Shown here piece by piece: positions 22,570 through 34,305 of a stretch of DNA of 38,086 bases. Source of the DNA: Octopus bimaculoides (taxonomy: Eukaryota); assembly GCF_001194135.2 (NCBI RefSeq), contig NC_068982.1:7717869-7755954 (forward strand). Reading direction: 5' to 3'. Every line of letters starts with the position of its first letter. The first letter of the stretch is position 1. The notes under the pieces are model-generated. The model was not told where the DNA came from. It did no database searches and was given only the letters and a program-made list of their open reading frames with translations. A program made the position numbers and the translations under genes.

Positions 22570-23080
22570 ACCAAGAAGTGTTATTCAATAGACAGGTCTT
22601 TCAGAAACTTGAGCAAATGCAATTAAAGAAGGCAGTGGGGACCCTTATAAAAGAAAACATCAAGAACCACTGCTTTTGCCTATTTTCTCATAAACAATGC
22701 TTAAAAAGATACCAGTCTCTTATTATTTATCTGATAAATACCATTGACAGTTAAGAGAGTATTTAGGAGAACATGAGCATTACCAAGCACACAATTTTTT
22801 TTTTTACAAACTACTTTTAAGTGTCAAAATGCACAGAAATATTTTCAATTGACTTCTCTGTCAAAAGTCTATTCCCAATTGACTTCTCACCAACAGGTTA
22901 GAATCAAATCTTAAACCCGAAAATAATCAGCATGCAAAAAAACACAGATACACCAACACAAATGCGAACTTCTTTTAATTCTCCACTTCTCAAATAAAAA
23001 TTGTAAATGAATATTAAAAATTTAGCATATATTTATTCATGCAAATACAAACAAAACAAAACAATAATCATTTTACTTAC

Positions 23081-23127
23081 AGTTCTTCGTTATGTTGAGG
23101 CATTCAATGGTACCATTAGAACAAAAG
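23081..23127 (-). CDS. Exon 7: 47-nt exon (C)FCSNGTIECLNITKN(C)
   Basis: gttttag / t|gtaagt, phase 2 to 1, same size and position as exon 3. Confidence 0.9.
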
Positions 23128-23255
23128 CTAAAACATTAAATACAAAATTTAAAGTTAGTAATATCAATTGGAGCATTAATTTCAAACTATTTTAACAAAA
23201 ATTCAAACAAAAATTAATAAATTAGTAAATAGAAAAAATGTGTCCAAATTCCTAC

Positions 23256-23505
23256 CATTTCTGACAAGAGAATTGAGACTTTGCTTCAAAGTTTTCCAGA
23301 ATTGATGTTCCATCTTTGTCATGACAGAAACACTTGCTAATCTCAACACAGTGACCATTTTCTTCAAGGAATCCAGAAGGACATCTACATCCAGGTATAC
23401 AAGTGTCAGACTGCTGGCATATATTTTCCCCAATTTTGTGCTCCATGCATGTCATTGGACAAGCATTTGCACAATCAGACCAAACTTTTCCATCTTTACA
23501 AGTTT
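23256..23505 (-). CDS. Exon 6: canonical 10-Cys TIL domain plus start of half-VWC (TCKDGKVWSDCANACPMTC...SCQK)
   Basis: TIL spacing including GCRCPSG...GHCV..SKC, 250 nt, phase 1 to 2, ttttag / tg|gtagga. Confidence 0.95.
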
Positions 23506-23517
23506 CTAAAATTTAAA

Positions 23518-23553
<36 letters not shown>

Positions 23554-25448
23554 TATACTGAAAAGAATCAATCTTAAAATTTTTATTGAACTCTACATAC
23601 AATAAAAAACCAAGACAAAGAATTTAAATATGTATGCTTGCCCTTTCTGTCGCCAACCCTCACGTTTCCAAGCGAGGTAATAAACATTCAGTCTATCAAA
23701 CAACAAATAGAACTGGAAGCAAACAACTTTTTATTTACAAACATCATACAACATATCAAAACAAATGGAGAAGCTTGGGTATCTTTCACAGAGTACTGCA
23801 ATCAAACAATACTGTCAGGATGCCATTGCTTGCAAATACATGGCAAATACATCGGAATACAAACTTATTCCAGAACATATACACATTCACACAAAGGGGC
23901 TTCTTTCATTCATTTACTCATTTATACATACATGTATATATGTTTGAGAATTTAAGAGAAAACTGAGTAAATTTACAATTAACATTAATTATTATTGATT
24001 ACTCCTTTACTTTAAAACTATTACAGTTTATAAATTTCAAAATAAGAAATGTGGGATGGAGAGTTGGTGAAGAAGTCACAGGATGTGTGACAAAAGATTC
24101 AAGACAAAAGACACAAAGAATAATAATAAAGCTGAAGTTAAGAACGAATATAAAGTGTGTGTGTTTATTTGGCAAAAAAAAAAATGACCGTCCCAAAATA
24201 TAACTATTTGTTTCAACAGACGATTCCACATTAGGAATTTTGCAAAATAAATATATAAATATGATATTGTCTTTGTTTCTTTAAAATTATTGTATTTTAT
24301 TCACTTAATTCATTAAATAAGACCTATTATTTTACATCATTATGAAACCATCATGGAGTCACTTCATCTGCAAGAAACCACAGCATTATTTCCCTTTGAT
24401 GACAATCTCTTCTAAACAGTAACAATGAACAAACAACAAAAATACCTTAACATGATACAAATACAAAAACCAAGAACACGTTTTTAAAATACTAACAGCA
24501 CATTTTTAAATCGTTATTAACAAAAATTAACATGGTTCAATACAAACATGAATAACATTAACAACAGCAACACAAAATGTACTTCTTAATTACATAGAAA
24601 ATAACACCTTTGAAAACGGTGGTTATAATGCTATTCACCATAAGTTCTAGCATGCACTGGATTTCAGTAAGAATTGTCTCAAGCCCAATTGGAGAACAAC
24701 GGTCCCAGGCAGTTTGGACAGGGACAGCTCCCTAGTTAAGGATATAAATAGTCCAAATATACTTTAAATTTTCCTCTGAAGCCAGAAAAATATGGGATCA
24801 GATAGATCAAATAACTGTCTTATGCCTAATATGTGTTATAAGGTTAAACATATGAATGTCAAGCTTAGCAATTATCATTCACAGCACCTCCTATGATCCT
24901 AATAGAAAATGTAATTCTTATTCTAGCCATACCATTCACTGCAACAGCAATAGTAGGATGCATACATTACATAAGTGTGACATTTTTAAGGTTTAACTTC
25001 CTGTTTTTATAATAGTCATATCAAGGTGACCATATCAAGGTAATCAAGCTCAATGCAATTTCTGTAGTAAAGAATCTAGTGAGATTTTTAAAGGGAAATT
25101 TCCAGTTTTCTGAACCACCAGAAGGAAGTTACCACCTCTTGCAGACATTGCATTTTCAATTTCTTTTCTTTTCTTTTCTTTAACCTTAGATCTATATGTT
25201 CTACCTGCGTTATGCATTTTTACTTATTTTTTACTCACCTACTTTAGCAAGGCCTTCTAATTCTTAGACTCTACCCAAAGCATAGTCCATTATTGCACCT
25301 TATAACAGTTATAATGGATTATGCTATGATTTAGTTAAACATTTGTGACCATTCTGTTCACAAATATGATTCATAAAGTATACAAAATAATACATAAAAG
25401 TATAAAATATCACTTTAAACATTTTAAAATGTAATTCCTGTCTTGGAA

Positions 25449-25487
<39 letters not shown>

Positions 25488-26083
25488 ATTTGAATTTTAT
25501 ACAGCAAGAAAAACAAGATAGCCAAATAACTGAGGTTGACTTTATTTTCATCCACAATGGATCAATAAATAAAATGCCAATCAAGTAAGTTATTTTAAAG
25601 TTGTTGGACTATTGATTCTATATAACTCTCAGATCTTATTGCTATCATAGTGTTGTGTCTCTGAATAAATCTGCTGTAATTATGTTTGCACCAGCTTCCC
25701 TGACTGAGAGTATCTCTCCTACTACACAAATGAGTGGTTATAAGTAACAAGGATATTCCCTATAAAAAGTACTGTCCCAACAAATTAATCAACCCACAAC
25801 CCGTTAGCATTTAAAGCAGCCATATCCAGCCAAAATATTCTACCCATTCTATGTTCCAATGGGCTAAATCCAGTTTCTCACATCTGCCCTAATATCATTC
25901 TGAAAATAAACAATCACATCATTGAAATCTCAAAGCTACAAGATTATGTGAATAGAAAAGCATTACATTTAACAGGAAACCTGAATGGTAAAGGTTTAAA
26001 ATCATAATTAATAGAAATTATTAATGAAATTTCAAAATAAAATTGAAATTTGATTACAAACTTCATAAAACAAGGAACATTAC

Positions 26084-26251
26084 CATTGCCTTCACACATA
26101 GCTGTCACACATGCTTGGAGTTGAACTGCTTCCCCAATACAGTCTTCATTTAACAAACCATAATTGCAAATTCTTTGCCGTTTTTGAGAACCAACACCAC
26201 AAGTGGCAGAGCACTCACTCCACGAATTCCAAGTAGACCAAGATGGTTTAC
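26084..26251 (-). CDS. Exon 5: TSR/TSP1 (thrombospondin-type) KPSWSTWNSWSECSATCGVGSQKRQRIC...CVTAMCEGN
   Basis: WxxWxxW-CSxTC-G-RxRxC, 6 Cys, 168 nt, phase 1-1, tttaattag / g|gtaatg. Confidence 0.93.
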
Positions 26252-26419
26252 CTAATTAAAGATATATAGGTATATATATATTACAAGAAATAACTATCGT
26301 AATAACAAAATTTACAAAAAAAAGAAAATTGGACAATATTTATTAGGATCAAAGCTGAAACTAATTTTAAACCTTCACTGAAATAATCCTTTCTACTAAA
26401 GGCACAAGGCCTGAATTTT

Positions 26420-26812
26420 GTGGGGAGGGGGTAAGTCAATTACATCGACCCCATTACTCAACTAGTACTTAATTTATCAACCCCGAAAGGATGAAAGGCA
26501 AACTCAGCCTCGGCAGAATTTGAATTCAGAAAGTAGCGACAGGCGAAATACCACTAAACATTTTGCCCAGTGTCCTAATGATTCTGCCAGCTCACCACCA
26601 TTTTTAAAATAGGATTCAAGTTTTGCTACAAGGGCAGCCATTTTGAAGGCAGGGATTAGTTGATTACATCAACCCCAGTGTTTCACTGGTACTTAATTTA
26701 TCAACCCCGAAAGGATGAAAAGCAAAGTCGACCATGGCGGAATTTGAACTCCGAACATAATAATGATGGGCAAAAAACACTACTAAGCATTTAACAATTC
26801 AGCCAGCTCGCC
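26420..26812 (-). mobile_element. Two tandem copies of the second SINE family
   Basis: Each has tcaaccccgaaaggatgaaa(g/a)gcaaa..cg..c..ggc.gaatttgaa and ends ccagctc(a/g)cca (about 26420-26600 and 26640-26812). Confidence 0.78.
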
Positions 26813-27667
26813 ACTGACCGTCAATGAAATAATGATTTGATGAAGTAGGTCTTCCAGTTGCAACTGTGTCTAGCTAAAGATACATTTTTTGTAATGGTTT
26901 ATTATATTGGCATAAGGTTACAGTCTTTTTATACGGAGAAGGAGAGTATAGGTAACTGGATCAACCCAAGCAGTATATGGAATTTTAACTTTCTTGTAAG
27001 AGAAGACAAAGCAATACTAAAGTGAATTGAAATCAATGTAAGATGGTGGAAAGTAGAATCATCAGAACACTGGTCAGAATGCCTCAATAATCATTCTGGT
27101 TCTCTATACTATGAGTTCAAATCTCACTGATATCAACTTTTCTATAATACCCTCGATATAAATAAATAAAGCACCAGTCAAGAACAGGGCTTGTTTCTTC
27201 TCTCCCAAACTTTTACACACACACAGAATTGGCTACAGTGAAGGGACTAAAAAAGGCAGCCTTCATATGAGAGCTCATTAATCCTTTCATCACTATTCCA
27301 TAGACTTAAGGCACAAAAAGGACCCTTAATGCAGAAAGACAACTAAATACAGCTTGGTATTTTTCCTAACCCACTGTTTTTCACACTTCTACAAACCTAC
27401 TGCCCTTTCATTGATTAAATAACATGTATCACCATACAGAAGTCAGTTAGGATTAAATAATGGTTTTATTTTAAATTTTACTCCAAGAAGAGAGTTTTCA
27501 TTCATAACTTTTACAGGTCCCAACAGAAAGACAAATTGCAGTGTTTTCAATGTTGTAGTTACCAGTTACTGAAATGATTTTTGAGTATTCATAAAACCTA
27601 TTTAAAACTCTTTTTACATGATGTATGCTAATCTTATGTGAACCAGACCCTAAATATACTATAACTC

Positions 27668-27880
27668 TTAACTCTTTTACTTGTTTCAGTCATCTGACTG
27701 CGGCCATGCTGGAGCACCGCCTTTAGTCAAACAAACTGACCCCAAGACTTATTTTTTGTAAGCCTAGTACTTATTCTATGGGTCTCTTTTTACCAAACAG
27801 CTAAGTTACGGGGACGTAAACACACCAGCATTGGTTGTCAAGTGATGTTGGGGGGACAAACACAGACACACAAACATATA
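27668..27880 (-). mobile_element. 3' half of the same tRNA-headed SINE
   Basis: Reverse complement of 13480-13685. Confidence 0.75.
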
Positions 27881-27892
27881 CACACACAAACA

Positions 27893-28097
27893 TCATCATC
27901 ATCATCATCATCATCGTCGTCGTTTAATGTCCGCTTTCCATGCTAGCATGGGTTGGACGATTTGACTGAGGACTGGTGAAACCGGATGGCTACACCACGC
28001 TCCAATCTGATTTGGCAGAGTTTCTACAGCTGGATGCCCTTCCTAACGCCAACCACTCAGAGAGTGTAGTGGGTGCTTTTACGTGCCACAGGCACGA
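27893..28097 (-). mobile_element. RTE 3'-UTR-type repeat copy (near-identical to 17552-17735)
   Basis: catcatcatc...gtttaatgtccgctttccatgctagcatgggttggacgatttgactgaggactgg... Confidence 0.85.
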
Positions 28098-28228
28098 TAT
28101 ATATACATACATATATATATATATACATACATAAAAAAAATTGTAGTGAAAAAGACTGATAGAACGGTTGGTCTATTACTGGTATTTAGTCACCATTTTT
28201 GGGAAAGTTATGTGAACTTTTCAAGTTG

Positions 28229-28455
28229 GGCTGTACAGATCAGAAGGACTGTATGGACGAATCAACGTCAGGGGTCACCAATTGTATGGGACGACCGACG
28301 TCGGGGTCACCAATTGTAAGGGACGACTGTGTGAACATGCTCGCATTGGCTGTACAGATCAGAAGAGCTGTATGAACGAATCAACGTCGGGGGTCACCAG
28401 TTGTAAGGGACGACCGACGTCGGGGGCACCAATTGTAAGGGACAACCGTGTGAAC
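28229..28455. repeat. Two about 119-bp units, each containing two about 29-bp subrepeats
   Basis: ggctgtacagatcagaag starts at 28229 and 28348. Subunit acgtc(a/g)gggg(t)cacca(a/g)ttgta(t/a)gggac occurs 4 times. Confidence 0.88.
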
Positions 28456-28835
28456 TCATAAAAGGAGAAATGGTGACGAATGAAAAAAAACGGAGGACTC
28501 CTTTTATTTGAACGTGTCACACGGTCGAACATACAAATATATATTGATGGATGATATACATGATATGTTATGCGACGATAACATAGATGACCAGTATTGA
28601 AAGACCACAACCGTATTAGATGAATAACAGATATATTTATTGTAGCGTTAAAGATGTATGTCTGTGTGAGAGTGTGAATGCGACATATAAGAACATAATC
28701 AAAGACAGGCCGTCATACAAAGAAAAGTGTGTATGTGAGTGATACATGTGTGAGTTATTACAGCAGATAGAAAGAGTCAGTAAATGACACGTGAGCAATT
28801 ATACCAGATCGTTAGTACACTATAGGAAAAGTTCT

Positions 28836-29299
28836 NNNNNNNNNNNNNNNNNNNNNNNNNNNNNNNNNNNNNNNNNNNNNNNNNNNNNNNNNNNNNNNNN
28901 NNNNNNNNNNNNNNNNNNNNNNNNNNNNNNNNNNNNNNNNNNNNNNNNNNNNNNNNNNNNNNNNNNNNNNNNNNNNNNNNNNNNNNNNNNNNNNNNNNNN
29001 NNNNNNNNNNNNNNNNNNNNNNNNNNNNNNNNNNNNNNNNNNNNNNNNNNNNNNNNNNNNNNNNNNNNNNNNNNNNNNNNNNNNNNNNNNNNNNNNNNNN
29101 NNNNNNNNNNNNNNNNNNNNNNNNNNNNNNNNNNNNNNNNNNNNNNNNNNNNNNNNNNNNNNNNNNNNNNNNNNNNNNNNNNNNNNNNNNNNNNNNNNNN
29201 NNNNNNNNNNNNNNNNNNNNNNNNNNNNNNNNNNNNNNNNNNNNNNNNNNNNNNNNNNNNNNNNNNNNNNNNNNNNNNNNNNNNNNNNNNNNNNNNNNN
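28836..29299. other. Assembly gap (464 N)
   Basis: N run. It lies in a phase 1-1 intron, so a hidden symmetric exon cannot be excluded. Confidence 0.99.
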
Positions 29300-29627
29300 T
29301 GGTACACGGAACAGTTCTCAAAGAGAAACTGGACCGAGACGAATTTGGCTGCCGAGTTAAAGCTATTTATAACAAACTATTGGCTCACCAGATGGTAGAA
29401 ATATACTCTATCACGTGACCTTATTAGGGGCCGTGATTGGTCAGTTTGCGTTCTGGCGGGAACGGTTCGAAGAAGTTGCCGATTCAAATAATGATCAGTC
29501 ACGTGATGACAAGGTATGGGTTCTCTACTACGCTCGCATTTATTTATATTTAAATGAGAAGATTGTATGTAATGGCGATAGTAGTTTTGTATCTAGTGAT
29601 GATAGGTAGTTTCACTACACATACATA

Positions 29628-29775
29628 CATGATGGGCTTCTTTCAGTTTCCGTCTACAAATCAATTCACAAGGCTTTAGTAGAAGACACTTGCCCAAGGT
29701 GCCATGCAGTGGGACCAAACCCGGAAGTAGGTGGTTGGTAAGCAAGCTACTTACCACACAACCACTCCCGTGCCT
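29628..29775 (-). mobile_element. 5' fragment of the same tRNA-headed SINE, about 50 nt from the exon 4 donor
   Basis: tttcagtttccgtctac...agtagaagacacttgcccaaggtgcc...aagcaagctacttaccacacaacc. Confidence 0.72.
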
Positions 29776-29827
29776 ATGCATAGCTATTTTAAGCATTCAT
29801 TTAACACCTGTTTTTAATAATAGTTAC

Positions 29828-29986
29828 CTTTGCAAGGGTCAAAATTGCAGTCACTTGATTGTTCTAAAGGCAGGTTACATGGTTCATTTCCTTTTCCTTT
29901 AAAACGTTCTCTGATACGAATACGGTTACCAATATCACAACTTTTACTACATTCTCCCCAGTTACTCCACGAATTATAAGTACATC
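29828..29986 (-). CDS. Exon 4: TSR/TSP1 (spondin-type) CTYNSWSNWGECSKSCDIGNRIRIR...CNFDPCK
   Basis: WSxWxxCSxSC and RxR motifs, 6 Cys, 159 nt, phase 1-1, ttttacag / g|gtaac. Confidence 0.95.
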
Positions 29987-30129
29987 CTGTAAAAACACAA
30001 AAGAATAATTAGATTTGTAACACATTAAAAATATAAGCGTCCAGGAAACTTAAATTATATGTTAACAAGACTATCTTTACATAGAAGATATTGTGAAACA
30101 TAGTCCTTGACCAGCTGGAGTAGCCAAGT

Positions 30130-30598
30130 ATCTCCTCTGTAGTAAGACAGCTACCCCTCTCCGTTCCCTCTATCATACTCCAACCTCTTGCCTGGGACAC
30201 AGCCACTTCTCTCAGTTCACCTCCCCTTCACAGCTGAGAGGTCCTTGTCTTGCAAACTACTTGGTGACCCCACAGGTGCTGGTACCACATAAAGAGCACC
30301 CATGTTGGCACCACATGGAAAGTACCTGTGTTGGCACCATGTAAAAAAGCATTGGTGCTGGTGTCACTTAAGAAGCACTGGTGTTGGTGCCACGTTAAAA
30401 GCACTGATGCTGGTGCTACATAAAAAGCACACAGTACACTTTGTAAAGTGACTGGCATTAAGAAGGGCATCCAGTCATAGAAACCATGCCAAAATAAATA
30501 ACTGCAGCCTTGTGCAGCTCCCAGCCTGGCCAGCTCCCGTCAAGCCATCCAACCCATGCCAGCAGGGAAAGCAGACGTTAAATGATGATGATGATGAT
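30130..30598 (+). mobile_element. RTE 3'-UTR-type copy with short internal tandem units and (GAT)n tail
   Basis: Repeated gcac..tggtg(c/t)tgg(c/t)(a/g)cca..t(a/g)aaaa units at 30275-30430, shared core, tail gatgatgatgatgatg. Confidence 0.78.
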
Positions 30599-30659
30599 GT
30601 ACATATACAGCAAAAAAAATCAGGAACATAAAAAAATTAAACACACCTAAAACTATACT

Positions 30660-30900
30660 CATCATCATTTAACATATGTCTTCCATAGGGTGAAGGGTTT
30701 GACAGGGGCTGGCAAGGCTGGAGAGCTGTACCAGGTTCCATAGTCTGCTTTGGCATGGTTTGTATTGCTGGATGGACTTCCAAACTAAACTACTTTACTG
30801 AATATAGTGAGTGCTTTTTTTTGTGGCATCAACACCAGAGGGGTTACCAAGCAACTTGTCAGGCAAAGACCTCTCAGCTGTGAGAGGAAGTTGAACCAGT
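30660..30900 (-). mobile_element. Degenerate RTE 3'-UTR-type copy, inverted relative to 30130-30598
   Basis: atcatcatttaac...ggtttgacaggggctggc...ctttggcatggtttgtattgctggatg. Confidence 0.7.
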
Positions 30901-32214
30901 GCAAGTGGCTTTGTGCCAGGTGAGAGGTTAGAGTATAATAGAGGGATAGAAATAGGTAACTATCGAGGAGATACTTGACTACTTCAGTTGAAGAGAAAGA
31001 CAGAGTCAGAGAGAAATAGATGGTGAAAGAGCAAGGAGGAGTGGTATAAGTGGTTCAGAGAGGATAGAGCATGATTTCATTATCACAAAATAAATTAGAG
31101 GTACAAAGAAAGAACATAAAATTTTATATTCACTAATGAACCAGTTAAGCAAAATGCTACAGGAAAGTTTTTCAAGGGTTTAGCATATCTGATAACATAA
31201 AAGTTGCATGAGAATATTAGAAACATTTCAATTTCAGCAGTACATAATCAGGAAAAATAATTTTCGTTACATTTAAAAACATGTGATGTAGATCCAACTT
31301 CACATGTGGCACGAAGGGCGATTTGTTTTGAGATTTTTTTTTTTTTTTTGGAAAATGAAAAAAGTGTGTCTTAATATGTGATCAAATATAACGACAATCA
31401 TGATCATGACCAAGGTAGTCTCTCGTAGTCTGAGGAAGACGATTCTGCAATTGTTGCTGAACAACCTCCATAAATGATTTGCTTATAGTGATCAAATACA
31501 TTGTACATAAGCTCACTCCTTTCATCAAATCAATATTACCTGAACAGGTGCAAAGTGTACAACACATCAGGTGTCAAAGGGATTGCATAGAACTCTAACT
31601 ACTAGAGCATGCACCATCACACCACCAAATATGATATATACTTAAATGTCATATTTTCTAGACAAGTCTTATCCTATTTCATAGAGAAGCTTATGTAATT
31701 GGACCAGAATATTAATGGCTCTTATTTTCTTGGATTGTTTACTATATCTCATTTTATCTCTATCTGTTCTATTCCCAGTCTCATGTAGATAGCAAATTGG
31801 CAGAGTCAAAAGACCATCAAAGTGTTTTTGCATTCTGAGTTCAAATCTTGTCGAGATCAGCAACACCTTTCATCCTTTCAGAATCAGTCTAGAGTGGTAG
31901 ACTAGCAAAATCATTTGATTGTCAGGTAAGGTACATCGTAGCACTTGTTCTGGTTCTTTGCATTTTGAGTGGAAATCTCATTACAACCTGTTTGTGTGGT
32001 AGATTTACTACATCACTCAATTTAACACCACTGCCTTGCTTTTGGGTGTCTTCAACAGAGTCCAATCAACTGCAAGCATCTGAATCATGTCTCTGGTTCT
32101 TCATCTCTCCTACAGGAATTAGACAACCAGTAAAGATTCATGGGCACTGCCTTTCTTTAAGACAAAGCAAAATATATATAATTATATATATATTACATAA
32201 ATGCACTTGTTGAG

Positions 32215-32610
32215 CACTGGGCCTCACTGAGGCAATGTGGCCAATGCTGGTGTCACATAACTGGCACTCATGCCAATGGCATGTAAAAAGCACCTTTGAA
32301 GCGTTGGGCCTAACAGAGACAATGACGGATAACTGAGACCTTCGACAATATGCTGTACTTGAGAACGAGGCCCATCAAGCCAAATGAAATTGTAGTCATG
32401 GCAGATGTTGGTGTCACACAACTTGCACCCATGCTGGTGGCATGTAAAAGCACCCCTTACAGTCTTGGAGTGGCTGGCTTTAGGCAAGGCAGCCAGCCAT
32501 AGAAACCATGTCAAATCAGACTGGAGTCTGGTGCAGCCACTCAACTTACCAGCCTGGTCAAACCGTCCAACCCATGCCAGCATGGACAATGAATGCTAAA
32601 TGATGATGAT
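32215..32610 (+). mobile_element. RTE 3' fragment with (GAT)n tail
   Basis: gcctcactgaggcaatg, gagaccttcgacaatatgctgtacttgagaa (ORF end), shared core, gatgatgat. Confidence 0.75.
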
Positions 32611-33078
32611 ATAATTATATGGTCACCCAGACTATTGAATGTTGTTATACAGCACTGGTCACAATGCATTTTATATTATTCTAGCTTTCAAATGATGCTG
32701 CCCCACTAGCTAGGTGAGCAGGCCACCGTTCCCCACTGTTAAGAAGGCTAGTCTGTCACAGAGTTACCCAGTTACAGTTGAGTGGACTGCGGCAACAGGA
32801 AATTAAATGTTTTTCTCAAGAACTCAACTTGGGGATTGGTCTTGTAGTCAAACCCACAACCTAGTGATCATGAGTGCAACAGCCTAACCACAAAGCCATT
32901 CACTTTCACACACACACACACATACACACACAAATCACTGAACTCTGCACAGTTTTTCTATCTCCGTTTTTAAGTAGGCTTAAAATGTAAAAAAATTTTC
33001 CATTTTCTCAAACATTAAACTAATACACCTGCTTGTTGTCCCTACACCAGTCTCATCTTTTGTTTTTCTGTAAATTTG

Positions 33079-33117
<39 letters not shown>

Positions 33118-33466
33118 AAAAACTGGAATAAAAACAGTAAAAACTTCAAAAATATTGAGCATAACAAACATATTTTGCCTCAACATTGTATGAAGATAAC
33201 TTAACGACATTTATATGAAGTGGTGAAAGAAGCTAAAACTGAGAAATAAAGCTAGGAGAGTATTGTAGTTCGCTTGAAGCATTGTGTGTTGTTTGTAAAA
33301 AATAATAATAAAGTGTTTTTGAATGGCACAACAATGCACTATAATAACAATGGACTATAATAACCGGTGTAGTTTAATCATCCATAGTCTGATGTAATAT
33401 TTTGGAATATAAAAATTCCTTCTTCAGATATCCCTAGGAATTGTTCGAGTCACTGCTACCATCGAT

Positions 33467-34214
33467 TTTTTTTTCTTTCCTTTTTTTTTCTCCCGGAAGC
33501 ATCTTTGCACTGGTCTCGTGAAGCTCCTTCTGGAATTCCTCATGAGAAGTGCACGAGGGCAGCCATGTCTCAAGCTCGAGTGTGCTGGCATATCTGTAGT
33601 GCTGCTTCAAAGTTATATATGTCTAGATGTTTTCTGAAGGAAGAGGCTCTCGTATTCAGATGTTCTTTGATGCAAACGTGTAATGGTCTTGTTGTGCTAC
33701 CCACATAGAACTTGTTGCATTTGTTACATTGTATTCTATACACATTTACCCATTGGCATAAGTCTGGGTCACGGATGAGACAGTTTGCTAGTGTGCATTG
33801 ATTGCTGTTCTTTGCCCGTTTCTTTGTGAGGTGTCTTCTCAGAGAGGGGCCGGAGTGAGCTAGTTGTATGTCTAGTCCTTCTCTTCTTATGTCTCTTTGG
33901 ATGGGTCACCTTGTCTTCTATCCTGCTGCACTGGCTCTGGATGCATGCAAGTTCATTTATGGATTATCCTAATTTGGCACCAAGTGGAAGTGCTGAACTG
34001 TACTGGACAAACATATCTCTACTGGCTGCTTTCCTGTAGAACTCAGTATGGATCTCTCCTTCTTCCATTATTTTCAGTTGGAAGTCAAGTAGTGATAGTG
34101 ATCCAGTGTTGTCGGGATGTTCTATAGTGAACTTTATGTTCGTGTCCATGTTGTTGAACGTCCTGAATATTCTGTTAGCCTCTTCCTGGGAGGATGTCAT
34201 CTACATACCTACCT
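33467..34214 (-). mobile_element. 5'-truncated, disrupted Penelope-like retroelement (RT C-terminus plus GIY-YIG endonuclease)
   Basis: RYVDDIL at 34210-34190, then IKFTIEHPD..SLSLLDF..FYRK thumb, a Cys-containing linker, and VYRIQCNKCNKFYVGSTTRPLHVCIKEH (VYRIQC 33743-33726, YVG 33707-33699). Contains a stop and frameshifts, with an A-rich tail near 33467-33490. Confidence 0.9.
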
Positions 34215-34305
34215 GGTGAAGAAGGAGAATTTTGCTTATACTGCCAGTATTAATGCATCACTTAATCCTAGAATAAATAAATAAAAAACATAGAAGTCTA
34301 CATAC

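Noticed and set aside
26084-26090. Alternative GC donor (gaa g|gcaatg) 6 nt upstream of the exon 5 GT donor
   Set aside because: In frame either way. The canonical GT site is more parsimonious and the choice cannot be resolved without reads.
28229-28455. CRISPR-like repeat spacing
   Set aside because: The intervening sequences are themselves duplicated, not unique spacers, and the context is eukaryotic with no cas genes.
28777-29360. Three long ORFs in the track (169-189 aa)
   Set aside because: They are almost entirely X from the 464-N gap.
31382-31567. ORF beginning MCCTLCTCSG with a cag|gtaat donor
   Set aside because: No usable acceptor in frame, and the model is already complete between exons 3 and 4.
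33028-33068. AG...GT-bounded 41-nt segment on the minus strand
   Set aside because: It introduces a stop in the required phase.
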